NCBI RefSeq assembly: GCF_006345805.1
Contig: NW_021831656.1
Span: 1 to 35,332, forward strand
Reading direction: 5' to 3'
Length of the DNA stretch: 35,332 nucleotides
Source of the DNA: Octopus sinensis
Lineage: Eukaryota
Part shown: positions 11,400 through 21,479 of the stretch, in pieces
Numbering within the stretch: the stretch's first letter is position 1
How the letters are laid out: each line of letters opens with the position of its first letter
Notes under the pieces: model-generated
Told to the model about the DNA's origin: nothing
The model's database searches: none
The model's input: the letters and a program-made list of their open reading frames with translations, nothing else
Translations under genes and position numbers: made by a program

Positions 11400-11860
11400 A
11401 GAATAATTCATAAGCTAGCAATGTTCCTTAGATTAGTGAGGAACTCCCGATAATCATTTTGTAGTATCCCAAGTTATGGTTCATCAGAATTCTGTATTAG
11501 GCAGAAGGGGGTAGATTTTATGGTTTTTTCTTAAGAGATTTCTATTAGTTGTATTTTTTGAATTTTTTTATACCAATTATGATTACTGTATTTTAAGTTT
11601 CTGTTTTTTTTTGGGGGGGGGGTTCTGGTGGTGTGATTCTGTTCATTTCTGTTTTTCCGCTTTTGTGTGCTTTCTGTGTTATTTATTTTTTATTTTTCCA
11701 TGTTCTGCATAACAAGATATAAGCTTCCAGCGAATTCGTCAAATCAATTTTATTTACGTTATAGATAATTTCTTAAAACTTTTACGCAAAACTAAAATTT
11801 AGAACAGTCTCTGCGAAACCAATATTTGCTTCTTGTGATGACAGCACGAAGGTTTTATAG
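11400..11860 (-). mobile_element. Possible highly decayed Penelope-like element fragment
   Basis: Minus strand gives pieces KPS..NIG..K(L)..SC MQNMEK that, with several frameshifts, resemble the NPPY..NIG..KxSYSCMxNM segment of Penelope-like ORFs; hammerhead-like motif downstream at 11464-11487. Confidence 0.3.
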
Positions 11861-11884
11861 TTGAAGGAACTAAAACTAACGGGG

Positions 11885-12290
11885 AACTGCAATGTCTGGG
11901 GTACCACCTTCAAGAGTTTTGGTCGAATGAATTGATCACAGTACATTTTTTAAAAACCTGGTACTTATTCTATTACTGTCTTGCGCCGAACCGCTAAGTT
12001 GCAGGGTCATAAACATACAAACACTGTTTAGCAAACGATGGAAGGAGCTGATACATTTTTAAAGCCTGGTACTTATTCTGTCGCTGTCTTTTGCCGTACA
12101 GCTAAGTTGTACATATATACATACATACATACATATATACATTTTTCAGTTTCCGTCTACCAAATCCACTCACAGGGCTTTGATCGGTCCCGGGCTATAG
12201 TAAAAGACACCTGCCCAAAGTGCCACGCAGGGGGACTGAACCAGAAACCATGTTGTTGGTAAGCAAGCTGCAGACCACACGTCCACTCCA
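11885..12290 (-). mobile_element. SINE family B, diverged copy with an internal ~60-bp duplication
   Basis: cctggtacttattct..gccg.ac.gctaagttg occurs at ~11942-12001 and again at ~12052-12108; head ends ..accatgttgttggtaagcaag..accacac. Confidence 0.8.
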
Positions 12291-12417
12291 CGCTGGAGAC
12301 GATGGATCTAATCTGGATCGTATTGCTATCCTTGTATGTTTTAATGAGGTGATGGAATCTACTGTTCTTTGTGATGAAGTTTATATAGAATTTATTATTA
12401 TTATTATTATTATTATT

Positions 12418-12885
12418 GAGTGAGAGAGCAGTGCATGCCATCAAAGTGACACTGGGGTAAAATATACGAAGCCCAATATACCCATCATGACTACCCGTCT
12501 GATAAAGGTACACCAGGCACATGCATCACAACCATATGTGCGCGACATGGTGATCTCTTATCAAGATAAACAGCACATGACCTTGCAGGTGGGGCCCAGT
12601 TAGAATTTTCTTCAGGTTGAGTAGCCCATCCCGCTCAAAAGGTCCCTGAATAAGGGTTGTTTAAGGATGTTGAAAGAACCACCCATGTTTCCAGAGGTGA
12701 ATTATTCAAACCCCAAAGAATCCCTCTCAACACATGGCTATGATGCTCCCCCACTACTTCTGCTCGTGATCAGAGATGCACATATCGTCAGCCACTAAGG
12801 GACATGCTCAACTGGTTAAGGTCAAACAACTGACAAGCAAATCTGTGGTATTGAGCAGAATATTTGCTGTAGCCCATCTTTTATA
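12418..12885 (-). mobile_element. Element E, copy 2, 5'-truncated, flanked on both sides by (TTA)n
   Basis: Near-identical to 13482-13946; (TTA)n at ~12392-12417 and ~12888-12963. Confidence 0.9.
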
Positions 12886-12897
12886 AGATTATTATTA

Positions 12898-12965
<68 letters not shown>

Positions 12966-13327
12966 GAGCTGGCGGAAGCATTAGTACGCCGGGTAAAATG
13001 CTTAGCGCTATCTCGTCTGTCTTTATGTTCTCAGTTAAAATTCCGCTGAGGTGGACTTTGCCTTTCCCCCTTTCGGGGTCGATAAAATAAGTATCCATTG
13101 AATACTGGGGTCGATGTAAACAACTTACCTCTCCCCTAATCGTTAGCAGACCAGAATAAAATGGTTAGCGGCATTTCGTCCATCTCTACATTCTTAGTTT
13201 AACTTCTGCCGAGATCGACTTTGCCTTTCACTCTTTCGGGGTCTATAAAATAAGTACCAGTTGAGTACTGGGATCGATGTAATCGATTCATCCCCCAAAT
13301 TACTGCCCTTTTGACAAACTTTGAAAC

Positions 13328-13329
<2 letters not shown>
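12966..13329 (+). mobile_element. SINE family A head-to-tail dimer
   Basis: Two successive cores gcctt..c.ctttcggggtc.ataaaataagta.ca.ttga.tactggg.tcgatgtaa; ends tttgaaacc plus (ATT)n. Confidence 0.85.
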
Positions 13330-13409
<80 letters not shown>

Positions 13410-13419
13410 ATTATTATTA

Positions 13420-13481
<62 letters not shown>
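13330..13481. repeat. (TTA)n
   Basis: Direct observation. Confidence 0.97.
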
Positions 13482-14053
13482 GAGTGGGAGAGCTGTGCAT
13501 GCCATCAAAGTGACACTGGGGTAAAATATACGAAGCCCAGTATACCCATCATGACTACCCGTCTGATAAAGGTACACCAGGCACATGCATCACAACCATA
13601 TGTGCGCGACATGGTGATCTCATATCAAAATAAACAGCACATGACCTTGCCGGTGGGGCCCAGTTAGAATTTTCTTCATGTTGAGTAGCCCATCCCGCTA
13701 AAACGGTCCCTGAATAAGGGTTGTTTAAGGATGTTGAAAGAACCACCCATGTTTCCAGAGGTTAATTATTCAAGCCCCAAAGAATCCCTCTCAACACATG
13801 GCTATGATGCTCCCCCGCTACTTCTGCTCGTGATCAGAGATGCACATATCGTCAGCCACCAAGGGACATGCTCAACTGGTTAAGGTCAAACAACTGACAA
13901 GAAAATCTGTGGTATTGAGAATATTTACTGTTAGCCCATCTTTTATACCAAGACAAAACAATGTACACGATAACACTTCCAATCAGTTAAGATCAGAAGC
14001 CATGAGAGCCACTGCCTGATACTGCATCAGGGCATGGTACTGCATCAGGGCAT
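13482..14053 (-). mobile_element. Element E, copy 3 (longest, ~570 bp), flanked by (TTA)n
   Basis: Contains all sequence of copies 1 and 2 plus extra 5' sequence; 16-bp direct repeat tactgcatcagggcat at 14020-14035 and 14038-14053. Confidence 0.9.
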
Positions 14054-14054
14054 C

Positions 14055-14151
<97 letters not shown>

Positions 14152-14246
14152 ATTATTATTATTGTTGTTGTTGTTGTTGTTATTATTATTATCATTTTGT
14201 TGCTGTTGTTGATGTTGTTATTGTTGTTATCATCATCATCATCATC

Positions 14247-14290
<44 letters not shown>

Positions 14291-14312
14291 CAGCAGTAGC
14301 AGCAGCAGCAGC
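14054..14312. repeat. Compound (TTA)n/(TTG)n/(ATC)n/(AGT)n/(AGC)n
   Basis: Direct observation. Confidence 0.95.
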
Positions 14313-14592
14313 CTTTCATGTGCAAGTCATAAATCTAGTAGATGTGAGGGAAATTATGTAAAACGGCCAGTTTATAGTTATTAGAGTGCTCAGTAGACTG
14401 GACAGTGGACCATTGAGCTAAACATATAGCATTCTGTGATAGCGTGGAAACATGAAAGTGATCAAAGAGGGGGAGAAAGAGAGGGTTTGAGAGAGGAGAA
14501 AACCGGGAAGTAGGCAGCAGGAAATATAGAAAGACAGAAACAGCCATTGAGAAGAGACAGAAAGACAGAGGAGAGAGAAAGCGAGAGTGGGC

Positions 14593-14628
<36 letters not shown>

Positions 14629-15842
14629 AATATGAGAGAGAGAGAGAAAATGAAAGTGAAAGTTGTGGCTTGAAGATGGGTAACAATAAAGAGAAGCATG
14701 TCAATTGTTCGTGTAATTGATTCAAACTATCTAACTTAATTATTGCTAATTGTTTTCATCTGTTAATTTACTCGACCTCTTCTCCTTCTCATTTTCTCGT
14801 CCTTCGCTTCCACCCTCACCCCTTCCACTTCTACTTGTGTTCCTTCCATTTCTTTCTTCTTCTTCTTCTTCTTCCTCTTCTTTTCTATTGAAATGTTGTA
14901 TCTGTTTCTTCCCCCCAGGAGACCGTTGTTCTACAGAATAACGCAAGGGCAGGTATTTAGATATAAACGCTGCAGTTTGAAACAAAAGCTCACTAGACCT
15001 CATTCACTCGGCCAATTAGCGGCTTTCACTCTGAACATATGTATTCACCCTGAAACAAGTTGCTTGTAACGCTTTCATTTACTTCCTTCTATTAAACGCA
15101 ACACATTCGCCATCTTTGTTCTAGCAGGCTTACCTTTATTAACAACTCTGCAGCCATCGATGTTTTTATGACCATCTCTATTAACTTAATTATGATCTGC
15201 AATCGACTCTATAGCCATTCATATTAGACATACCGATCCCACCACACATGAACACACAGTTGTATACACATGGATATATACATGTATATATATGCGCATA
15301 TACACACATCTATTCTTTATTTGTGTTTGACTTTTCTTTTTACGAGCGCCATTACTAACGTTCGCCTCATTGTTTCGCTGAAATTGCTCGAGTGTTATCA
15401 ATAAAATTAAATACTATGGTAAGAGCTATAAGGATTTCAGAAATGTTCCTAATAGAATTTAGTTTTAACGGCTCCTCGTTAGATCACTATTGGGAGACCC
15501 CAGATATTAAATATTAACTATAACAAAGAACGAGTGAGAAAGACCCTTCTTGATAGCCATTACAATTAACAATTTGATTACTGGAAATTCGCTATATTAT
15601 TTCCGCTCATACGACAAGCATTTATGCCTCTTCTTAAATCGGCTTCTATCTTTCTAATGCCTATTTAGAATCCAATATGGGAATTGCTGATTTGATAGTA
15701 TTTGCTGCACATGTTGTCCAAATATTAGCTTCTTTTTGACTTGGCGAAAATAAAAAGGCTTTTATGTATTAGGCTTGCAGAAAAGGAAATATTTCTTATT
15801 TCGTAATCTTGGATTAGCAAGGGAATTGTTTGTTTTCTATAT

Positions 15843-16240
15843 ACTCTTTTACTCTTTTACTTGTTTCAGTCACTTGACTGCGGCCATGCTGGAGCACCGC
15901 CTTTCGTCGAGCAAATCGACCCCAGGACTTATTCATTGTAAGCCTATTACTTATTCTATCGGTTTCTTTTTCCCGAACCGCTAAGTTGCGGGTATGTAAA
16001 CACACCAGCATCGGTTGTCAAGCGATGTTTGGGGGACAAACACAGACACACAAACACACACACACACATATATTTGTATATACATACACATATATACGAC
16101 AAGATTCTTTCAGTTTCCGTCTAACAAATCCACTCATAAGGCTTTGGTCGACACGAGGCTATAGTAGAAGACACTTGCCCAAGATGCCACGCAGTGGGAC
16201 TGAACCCGGAACCATGTGGTTCGTAAGCAAGCTACTTACT
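15843..16240 (-). mobile_element. SINE family B, near full length with (gtaaaaga)n tail
   Basis: Tail actcttttactcttttacttgtttcag; B box ccgggttcagtccc on minus; extreme 5' end missing. Confidence 0.92.
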
Positions 16241-16254
16241 ATTTTATAAACTTT

Positions 16255-17008
16255 CATTTTCTTTGTTTCAGTCATTGGACTGCGGTCATGTTGGGGCACA
16301 GCCTTGCGGGGTTAGGTCGAACAAAGTGACTCCAAAATATTATTTTTAAGGTCTGGTACTTTGTCTGTCGATCTTTTTTGCTGAAGCGCTAATTTATGGG
16401 ACGTAAATAAACAAACAACAGTTATAAACCGGGGTGTAATGCGGGAAAACAAACACAAAATCTTGCACATATATACATATACACATGCACATATATACAT
16501 AGGTATTTATTTATTTATTTATGCACCCTTTTCAAGCCTAGCCAGGCTCACGGGCCCGGTTTCCCGGTTTCCCGGTTTCTATGGCGTATGCGTTCCCCCC
16601 AGTTGGACGGGACGCCAGTCCATCGCAGCGTTACTCAAGAAACAGGAAGAAAGAGTGAAAGTTGCGGTGAAAGAGTACAACAGGGGTCGCCACCACCGCT
16701 GCCGGAGCCTCCTGAAGCTTTAGGTGTCTTCGCTCAATAAACATACACAACGCTCGTTCTGGGAATCTAAACCGAGATCCTCCGACCGCAAGTCCACTGC
16801 CCTAACCACTGGGCCATTGCGCCTCCACATACATATGTATACATATACATATATGTATGTTTGTGTGTGGGGGGGGGTGTTTGCGTGTGTGAGTGTGTAT
16901 GTTTTGGTGACAGGTTCCCACACAGTTTCCATCTACCAAATTCACTCACAAGATATTGATCTGCTCAAGGTTACAGGGGAAGACACTTATCCCAAGATGC
17001 CGCACAGA
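16255..17008 (-). mobile_element. Older SINE family B copy, interrupted by SINE-D and abutted by SINE-C
   Basis: 3' half at 16255-16500 (tgtttcagtcattggactgcggtcatg); 5' part at ~16920-17008 (cagtttccatctaccaaattcactcacaag..gaagacactta.cccaagatgcc). Confidence 0.7.
16504..16826 (-). mobile_element. SINE family D (tRNA-derived head; 3' tgcgatggactggcgtcccgtcca motif; (TAAA)n tail)
   Basis: Minus: ggaggcgcaaTGGCCCAGTGGttaggg..ggtttagattccc = A and B boxes; the 3' motif resembles the V-SINE-type domain (tentative). Confidence 0.8.
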
Positions 17009-17014
17009 GGTGAA

Positions 17015-17336
17015 GTCCTGACACTCCGTCAGTTACGTCGATCAGTGTTCCAGTCGATCCGATCAACGGAACAGCCGGATCGTGGAATCAACATGCAAAT
17101 AGCTGAGAACTCCACAGACACATGTGTACTTAACATACTTCTCAGGGAGATTCAGTGTGACAGAGAAAGTTACAAAGCTGGTTCTTTGAACTACAGGTAC
17201 AACTCATTTTTGCTAGTTTAGCGGTCGAGAGCAACGTGAAATAAAGTGTCTTGCTCAAAAACACATTGTGATGCCGAATATCGAACTCATGACCTTATCA
17301 TCGTGAGCGGAATACCTTACCACCAAGCCACATGCC
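17015..17336 (-). mobile_element. SINE family C
   Basis: Minus: ggcatgTGGCTTGGTGGtaag..gaGTTCGATAttc; body homologous to 23667-23950. Confidence 0.82.
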
Positions 17337-17400
17337 TTCACCGGAAATGAAGTAAAAAACCAGCTAAGCACTGGAGTTGTTGTAATATGTAATAAACTTG

Positions 17401-17610
17401 AGGCTGGCTATCTGGGAGAAAATGCCTAGTGGTATTTCGTCTGTCGCTACGTCCTGAGTTCAAATTCCACCGAGATCGACTTTACCTTTCATCCTTTCCG
17501 AGTCGATTAAATAAGTATCAGTTGCACACTGGAGTCGATGTAATCGACTAAATACCCTTGTCCTTATTTGTCCTCTCTATGTTTAGTCCCCTGTGAGTAA
17601 TAAAGAAATA
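17401..17610 (+). mobile_element. SINE family A with the taaagaaata-type tail
   Basis: ggtatttcgtctgtcgctacgtcctgagttcaaattcc...cctttcatcctttccgagtcga...taataaagaaata. Confidence 0.85.
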
Positions 17611-17804
17611 CATATGTAATAGACTTTGCTCGGCTATATGCACAAATACTCTCAAAAGTACCGACCTTATACCAAAATTAGAATCATTATTATTGTTATT
17701 GTGGTGGTGGTGTTGGCCGTGGTGGTGGTGGTGGTGCTGCTGCTGCTGCTGGTGGTGGTGGTGGTACTGCTGCTACTGCTGCTGTTGTTGTTGTTAACTC
17801 CTGG

Positions 17805-17890
17805 AAAAAATGTTTAGTGACGTTTCTTCTGGCTTTTTTAACATTCTGAGTTCAAATTCCACCGAAGTCGACTTCGCCTCTCATCCTTGC
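17805..17890 (+). mobile_element. SINE family A fragment
   Basis: acattctgagttcaaattccaccgaagtcgacttcgcctctcatcctt. Confidence 0.7.
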
Positions 17891-18064
17891 ATTTTATCCT
17901 TTAGAGCTCAGAACTTTCCAACACAGAATGAGTTCCCAATGCATGCACGAAAACAATAGGAAACGTCTTTGTGTTTGCTCGATCGAATAGTTATTAATAG
18001 TAGCCAAACCTCCTGCAAATCTCACCTTACTGTCTTGAATAACGAAGGACACAATCTTTCACGT

Positions 18065-18195
18065 TTCTACTTGTTTCAAGTCGTTGAACTGCGGCCATGC
18101 TGGGCACCATCTTGAATGTTTTAGTCGAACAAATCGACCCTTGGACATTTTCTTAGGTCTGGTACTCATTCTATCGTTCCTCGCTTGCCGAAACG
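18065..18195 (-). mobile_element. SINE family B, 3' end fragment
   Basis: tacttgtttca..actgcggccatgctgggcacc..gtcgaacaaatcgaccc..ggtactcattctatcg. Confidence 0.75.
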
Positions 18196-18397
18196 ACCCT
18201 GGGTGGCGTTTCCCACTAATTGGGACATTTTCCTGTTAGAATGTTTTGTTTATTATTATTCTTTCAACGGTTTTATGTAAATCTCCACTGACGTCTTTGT
18301 ACTGTCATTTTTACTGTCGTAATTCGCTTTGATATCCGTGTGGCCAATTTAAAAAAAACGGTAATCATTTAACTGTTGACGTTGTTGTTATTGTTAA

Positions 18398-18609
18398 GGC
18401 GGTGAGCTGGCAGAATCATTGGAAAGCCGAGCAAAGTGCCTGATAGCATTTCTCATGTCTTTACGCTCTTGTGTTCGAATTCTGCTGCCGTTGGCGCTGC
18501 TTTTCATCCTCTCGCAGTCGATAAAATAAGTACCAGTAGAACACTAGGGTCGATGTGGTGGTCTTACTCTCTACCGCTGACTTGTTTTCCTTGTGCCAAA
18601 ATTTGAAAC

Positions 18610-18610
<1 letters not shown>
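18398..18610 (+). mobile_element. SINE family A, full-length diverged copy followed by (ATT)n
   Basis: ggcggtgagctggcagaa...gttcgaattc...gtcgataaaataagtaccag...gtgccaaaatttgaaacc. Confidence 0.85.
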
Positions 18611-18658
<48 letters not shown>

Positions 18659-18661
<3 letters not shown>

Positions 18662-19158
18662 TAGTTTTATTTCTATAGCGTGTTTTCACTTCACTACCGA
18701 GCGCAGCTCTGTGTGCCTTGGGTATGTGCTGTGATTTGTTGTGATGCTCTGATGGTTATTGTATGGAAAGTGTTCTGCGTAGGATGTGTGCAGTGCCTAG
18801 TAGTGCAATTTTCTGTATGTTATATGTGTTTGTAAGTCCTGGTGTTTTTGTTATGTATTTGTCTGAATATTTTTTTATCATGCCTAATGCACCTACTATG
18901 ATAGGAATTGTTTCTGTTTTCAGATTCCACATTCTAGTTACCTCTATTTCCAGGTCTTTGTATTTTGAGAGTTTCCCCATTTCTTTTAGAGACACGTTGT
19001 CATCAGCCGGTATTGATACATCAATTAGAAAGCATTTTCTTTTCTTCATGGTCTCTGACAACTATATCTGGTCTGTTGGCCTTAATTTCTCTATCTGTGT
19101 GTATCGGCATATCCCAGAGTATGGTTGCTTTCTCGTTTTCTGTGACCTTTTCTGGTGT
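18659..19158 (-). mobile_element. R4/Dong-clade LINE 3' fragment, copy 2
   Basis: PEKVTENEKATILWDMPIHTDREIKANRPDIVVRD../CFLIDVSIPADDNVSLKEMGKLSKYKDLEIE...TAHILRRTLSIQ*; highly similar to 4084-4577; 3' end runs into (AAT)n. Confidence 0.92.
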
Positions 19159-19372
19159 TTGTGTGTCTGTGTTTGTCCCCCCAACATCGCTTGACAACCG
19201 ATGCTGTGTGTTTACGTCCCCGTAACTTAGCGGTTCAGCAAAGAGACCGATAGAATAAGAACTAGGCTTACAAAGAATATGTCCTGATGTCAATTTGCTC
19301 GACTAAAAGCGGTGTTCCAGCATGGTCACAGTCAAATGGCCGAAACAAGTAAAAGAGTAAAAGAGTAAAAGA
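19159..19372 (+). mobile_element. SINE family B, 3' half joined to the Dong 5' end
   Basis: gtgtttgtccccccaacatcgcttgacaaccgatg...gaaacaagtaaaagagtaaaagag. Confidence 0.88.
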
Positions 19373-19393
19373 TTGTTATTATATTATTATTAT

Positions 19394-19428
<35 letters not shown>

Positions 19429-19439
19429 TAGTAGTAGTA

Positions 19440-19489
<50 letters not shown>

Positions 19490-20175
19490 GTTGTTGTTGT
19501 TGTTGTTATTATACACCCTACATCATATCCGCCATGTTTCCAACCTCACCTTCTCTTACACTAAAATAACACCACGAAACTACACCTTCACTTGACACTA
19601 TCCATAGCCAAACTGACACTCCGCCATTTAATTTCACACGTAAGCGTGCCTCACTTACACTCATACTCGACCACATTGATGAAATCTATTCCACTCCACT
19701 CATCTACCCACACTCGTTACTTTCACTTTACACAGATGCAACTCCTACCATTCTCCTCCCCCTCCGCCTACATCACCACTTTCTCCTCCACAATCGTTTC
19801 CAACACCTTCCCTACCATCGCCACTACCACCACCTGCTATTCCTACGCATTCTCCTCCTTCTCCTCCTCCTCAGCCTTTACCTCAGCCTCCACCTCAGCC
19901 TCCTCCTCCTCGGCCTTCACTCCAGCCTCCTTCCTCTCCTGTTATTTCTGCTCAGTTTTCACACGTCACTCTCTCATATTGCCACCACACTCACGCCACC
20001 TCAACACCTTCATTCACACATACAGAAACATATACCAGCGTAAATACACGCATACACACGCGCAAATGCATACATATATACACACACACACATTACGAAG
20101 AAAGCCCCCTCAAAACATTCTCTATTACTGCCATTTCCTTCACTCATTCTACCTCTTTTCATGTCTCTTCTCTCA

Positions 20176-20214
<39 letters not shown>

Positions 20215-20285
20215 CCATGTTAGCCAGGACATCTTGCCCATCGCTTTACACTTTTGAATTGAAATATCATCAGAATTAACAGTTA

Positions 20286-20287
<2 letters not shown>

Positions 20288-20339
<52 letters not shown>

Positions 20340-21065
20340 AGTAGTAGGAGGAGGAGAGGAGGAGGAGGAGGAGGAGGTAAAAGAAGAGGAGGATGAAACT
20401 AGTAGTACAATATTACTTATATTCATGTATATATGTATGTATGCATGTATGTATAGATATACGTTTGTGTGTGTGCGTGTGTGTGTGTACGTGTGTGTGT
20501 ACGTGTGTGTGTGTGTGTGTGTGTGCGTATACACACACATATATATATATATATACACATATAAAAACTGCCTATATACAAATCTTGAGAAATTAGGCTT
20601 CTCAAAAGTAGGAAAGTGGGAACTGTAGACATATGTAAAATTTCCCAGAAGTTTATCATTTAAGTTTTTTTTTTAGCATGTCTAGATATGCAAATATATA
20701 CATGAAATTATATACAAAGCATACAAATCTGCACGTATACATACATACACACATACATACATGCATACATACATACATACATACATACATACACACTTAC
20801 ATACATAATACATACATACACACATACATACACACATACATACATACACACATACATACATACATACATACATACATACATACATACATACATGCATACA
20901 TACATAGATACATACATACATACATACATATATACACACACGTACATACATACATACATACATACATACATACATACATACATACATACATACATACATA
21001 CATACATACATACATACATACATACATTCATACATACACACATACATACATATATACATACATGC
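20288..21065. repeat. (AGT)n/(GGA)n, (TG)n and long (TACA)n tracts
   Basis: Direct observation; (TACA)n at ~20735-21065. Confidence 0.93.
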
Positions 21066-21479
21066 ATAAATGCATATATTATAAAGTGTATTGTACCCAT
21101 CCAAGGCTATCATCATCTTGTATTTTCTAGATTTGGTGCCAACAGTCTCTAGGCAACACTCAGGAAATAGTTCCAACTCAGTATCAGTTTTGGGTCTTTT
21201 GGAAAAAAGGTTTCGTTCCACATTTTTCCAGCCCATTTGAAACTGGAGTGATATGAAATGAGATCCTTTGTGGAATAAATATTCGTTTCCCAAGAACGCA
21301 ATACTCCACCCAGTCCAGGGAGCGAAACATTACGAACGTGATTCTAAAATCCTAACGGCAAGGACAAGCGTTCCTACATTTGTGTCTTGCTAATAAGCAT
21401 TCAACAAAAGTTTCACACTGTTGCGAAGATCAAATAACTATGTTGTCCACTCAATGACAATATAAGCCATTTGATATAT

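Noticed and set aside
13980-14030. HDV-like ribozyme fold at the 5' end of element E (atcagg/tctgat, cagt/actg, ggc/gct around a 7-nt loop)
   Set aside because: Helix order is suggestive, but there is no J1/2 linker, no P1.1 GG, no canonical L3 and no C-N-A-A junction; only a covariance or cleavage test could rescue it
16755-16826. tRNA gene (also the heads at 23667 and 35144)
   Set aside because: A and B boxes are present, but there is no closed cloverleaf and each continues into a repeat body; these are SINE heads
19592-20257. 221-aa ORF
   Set aside because: TTG start, C/T-rich low-complexity and microsatellite content, no recognisable domain
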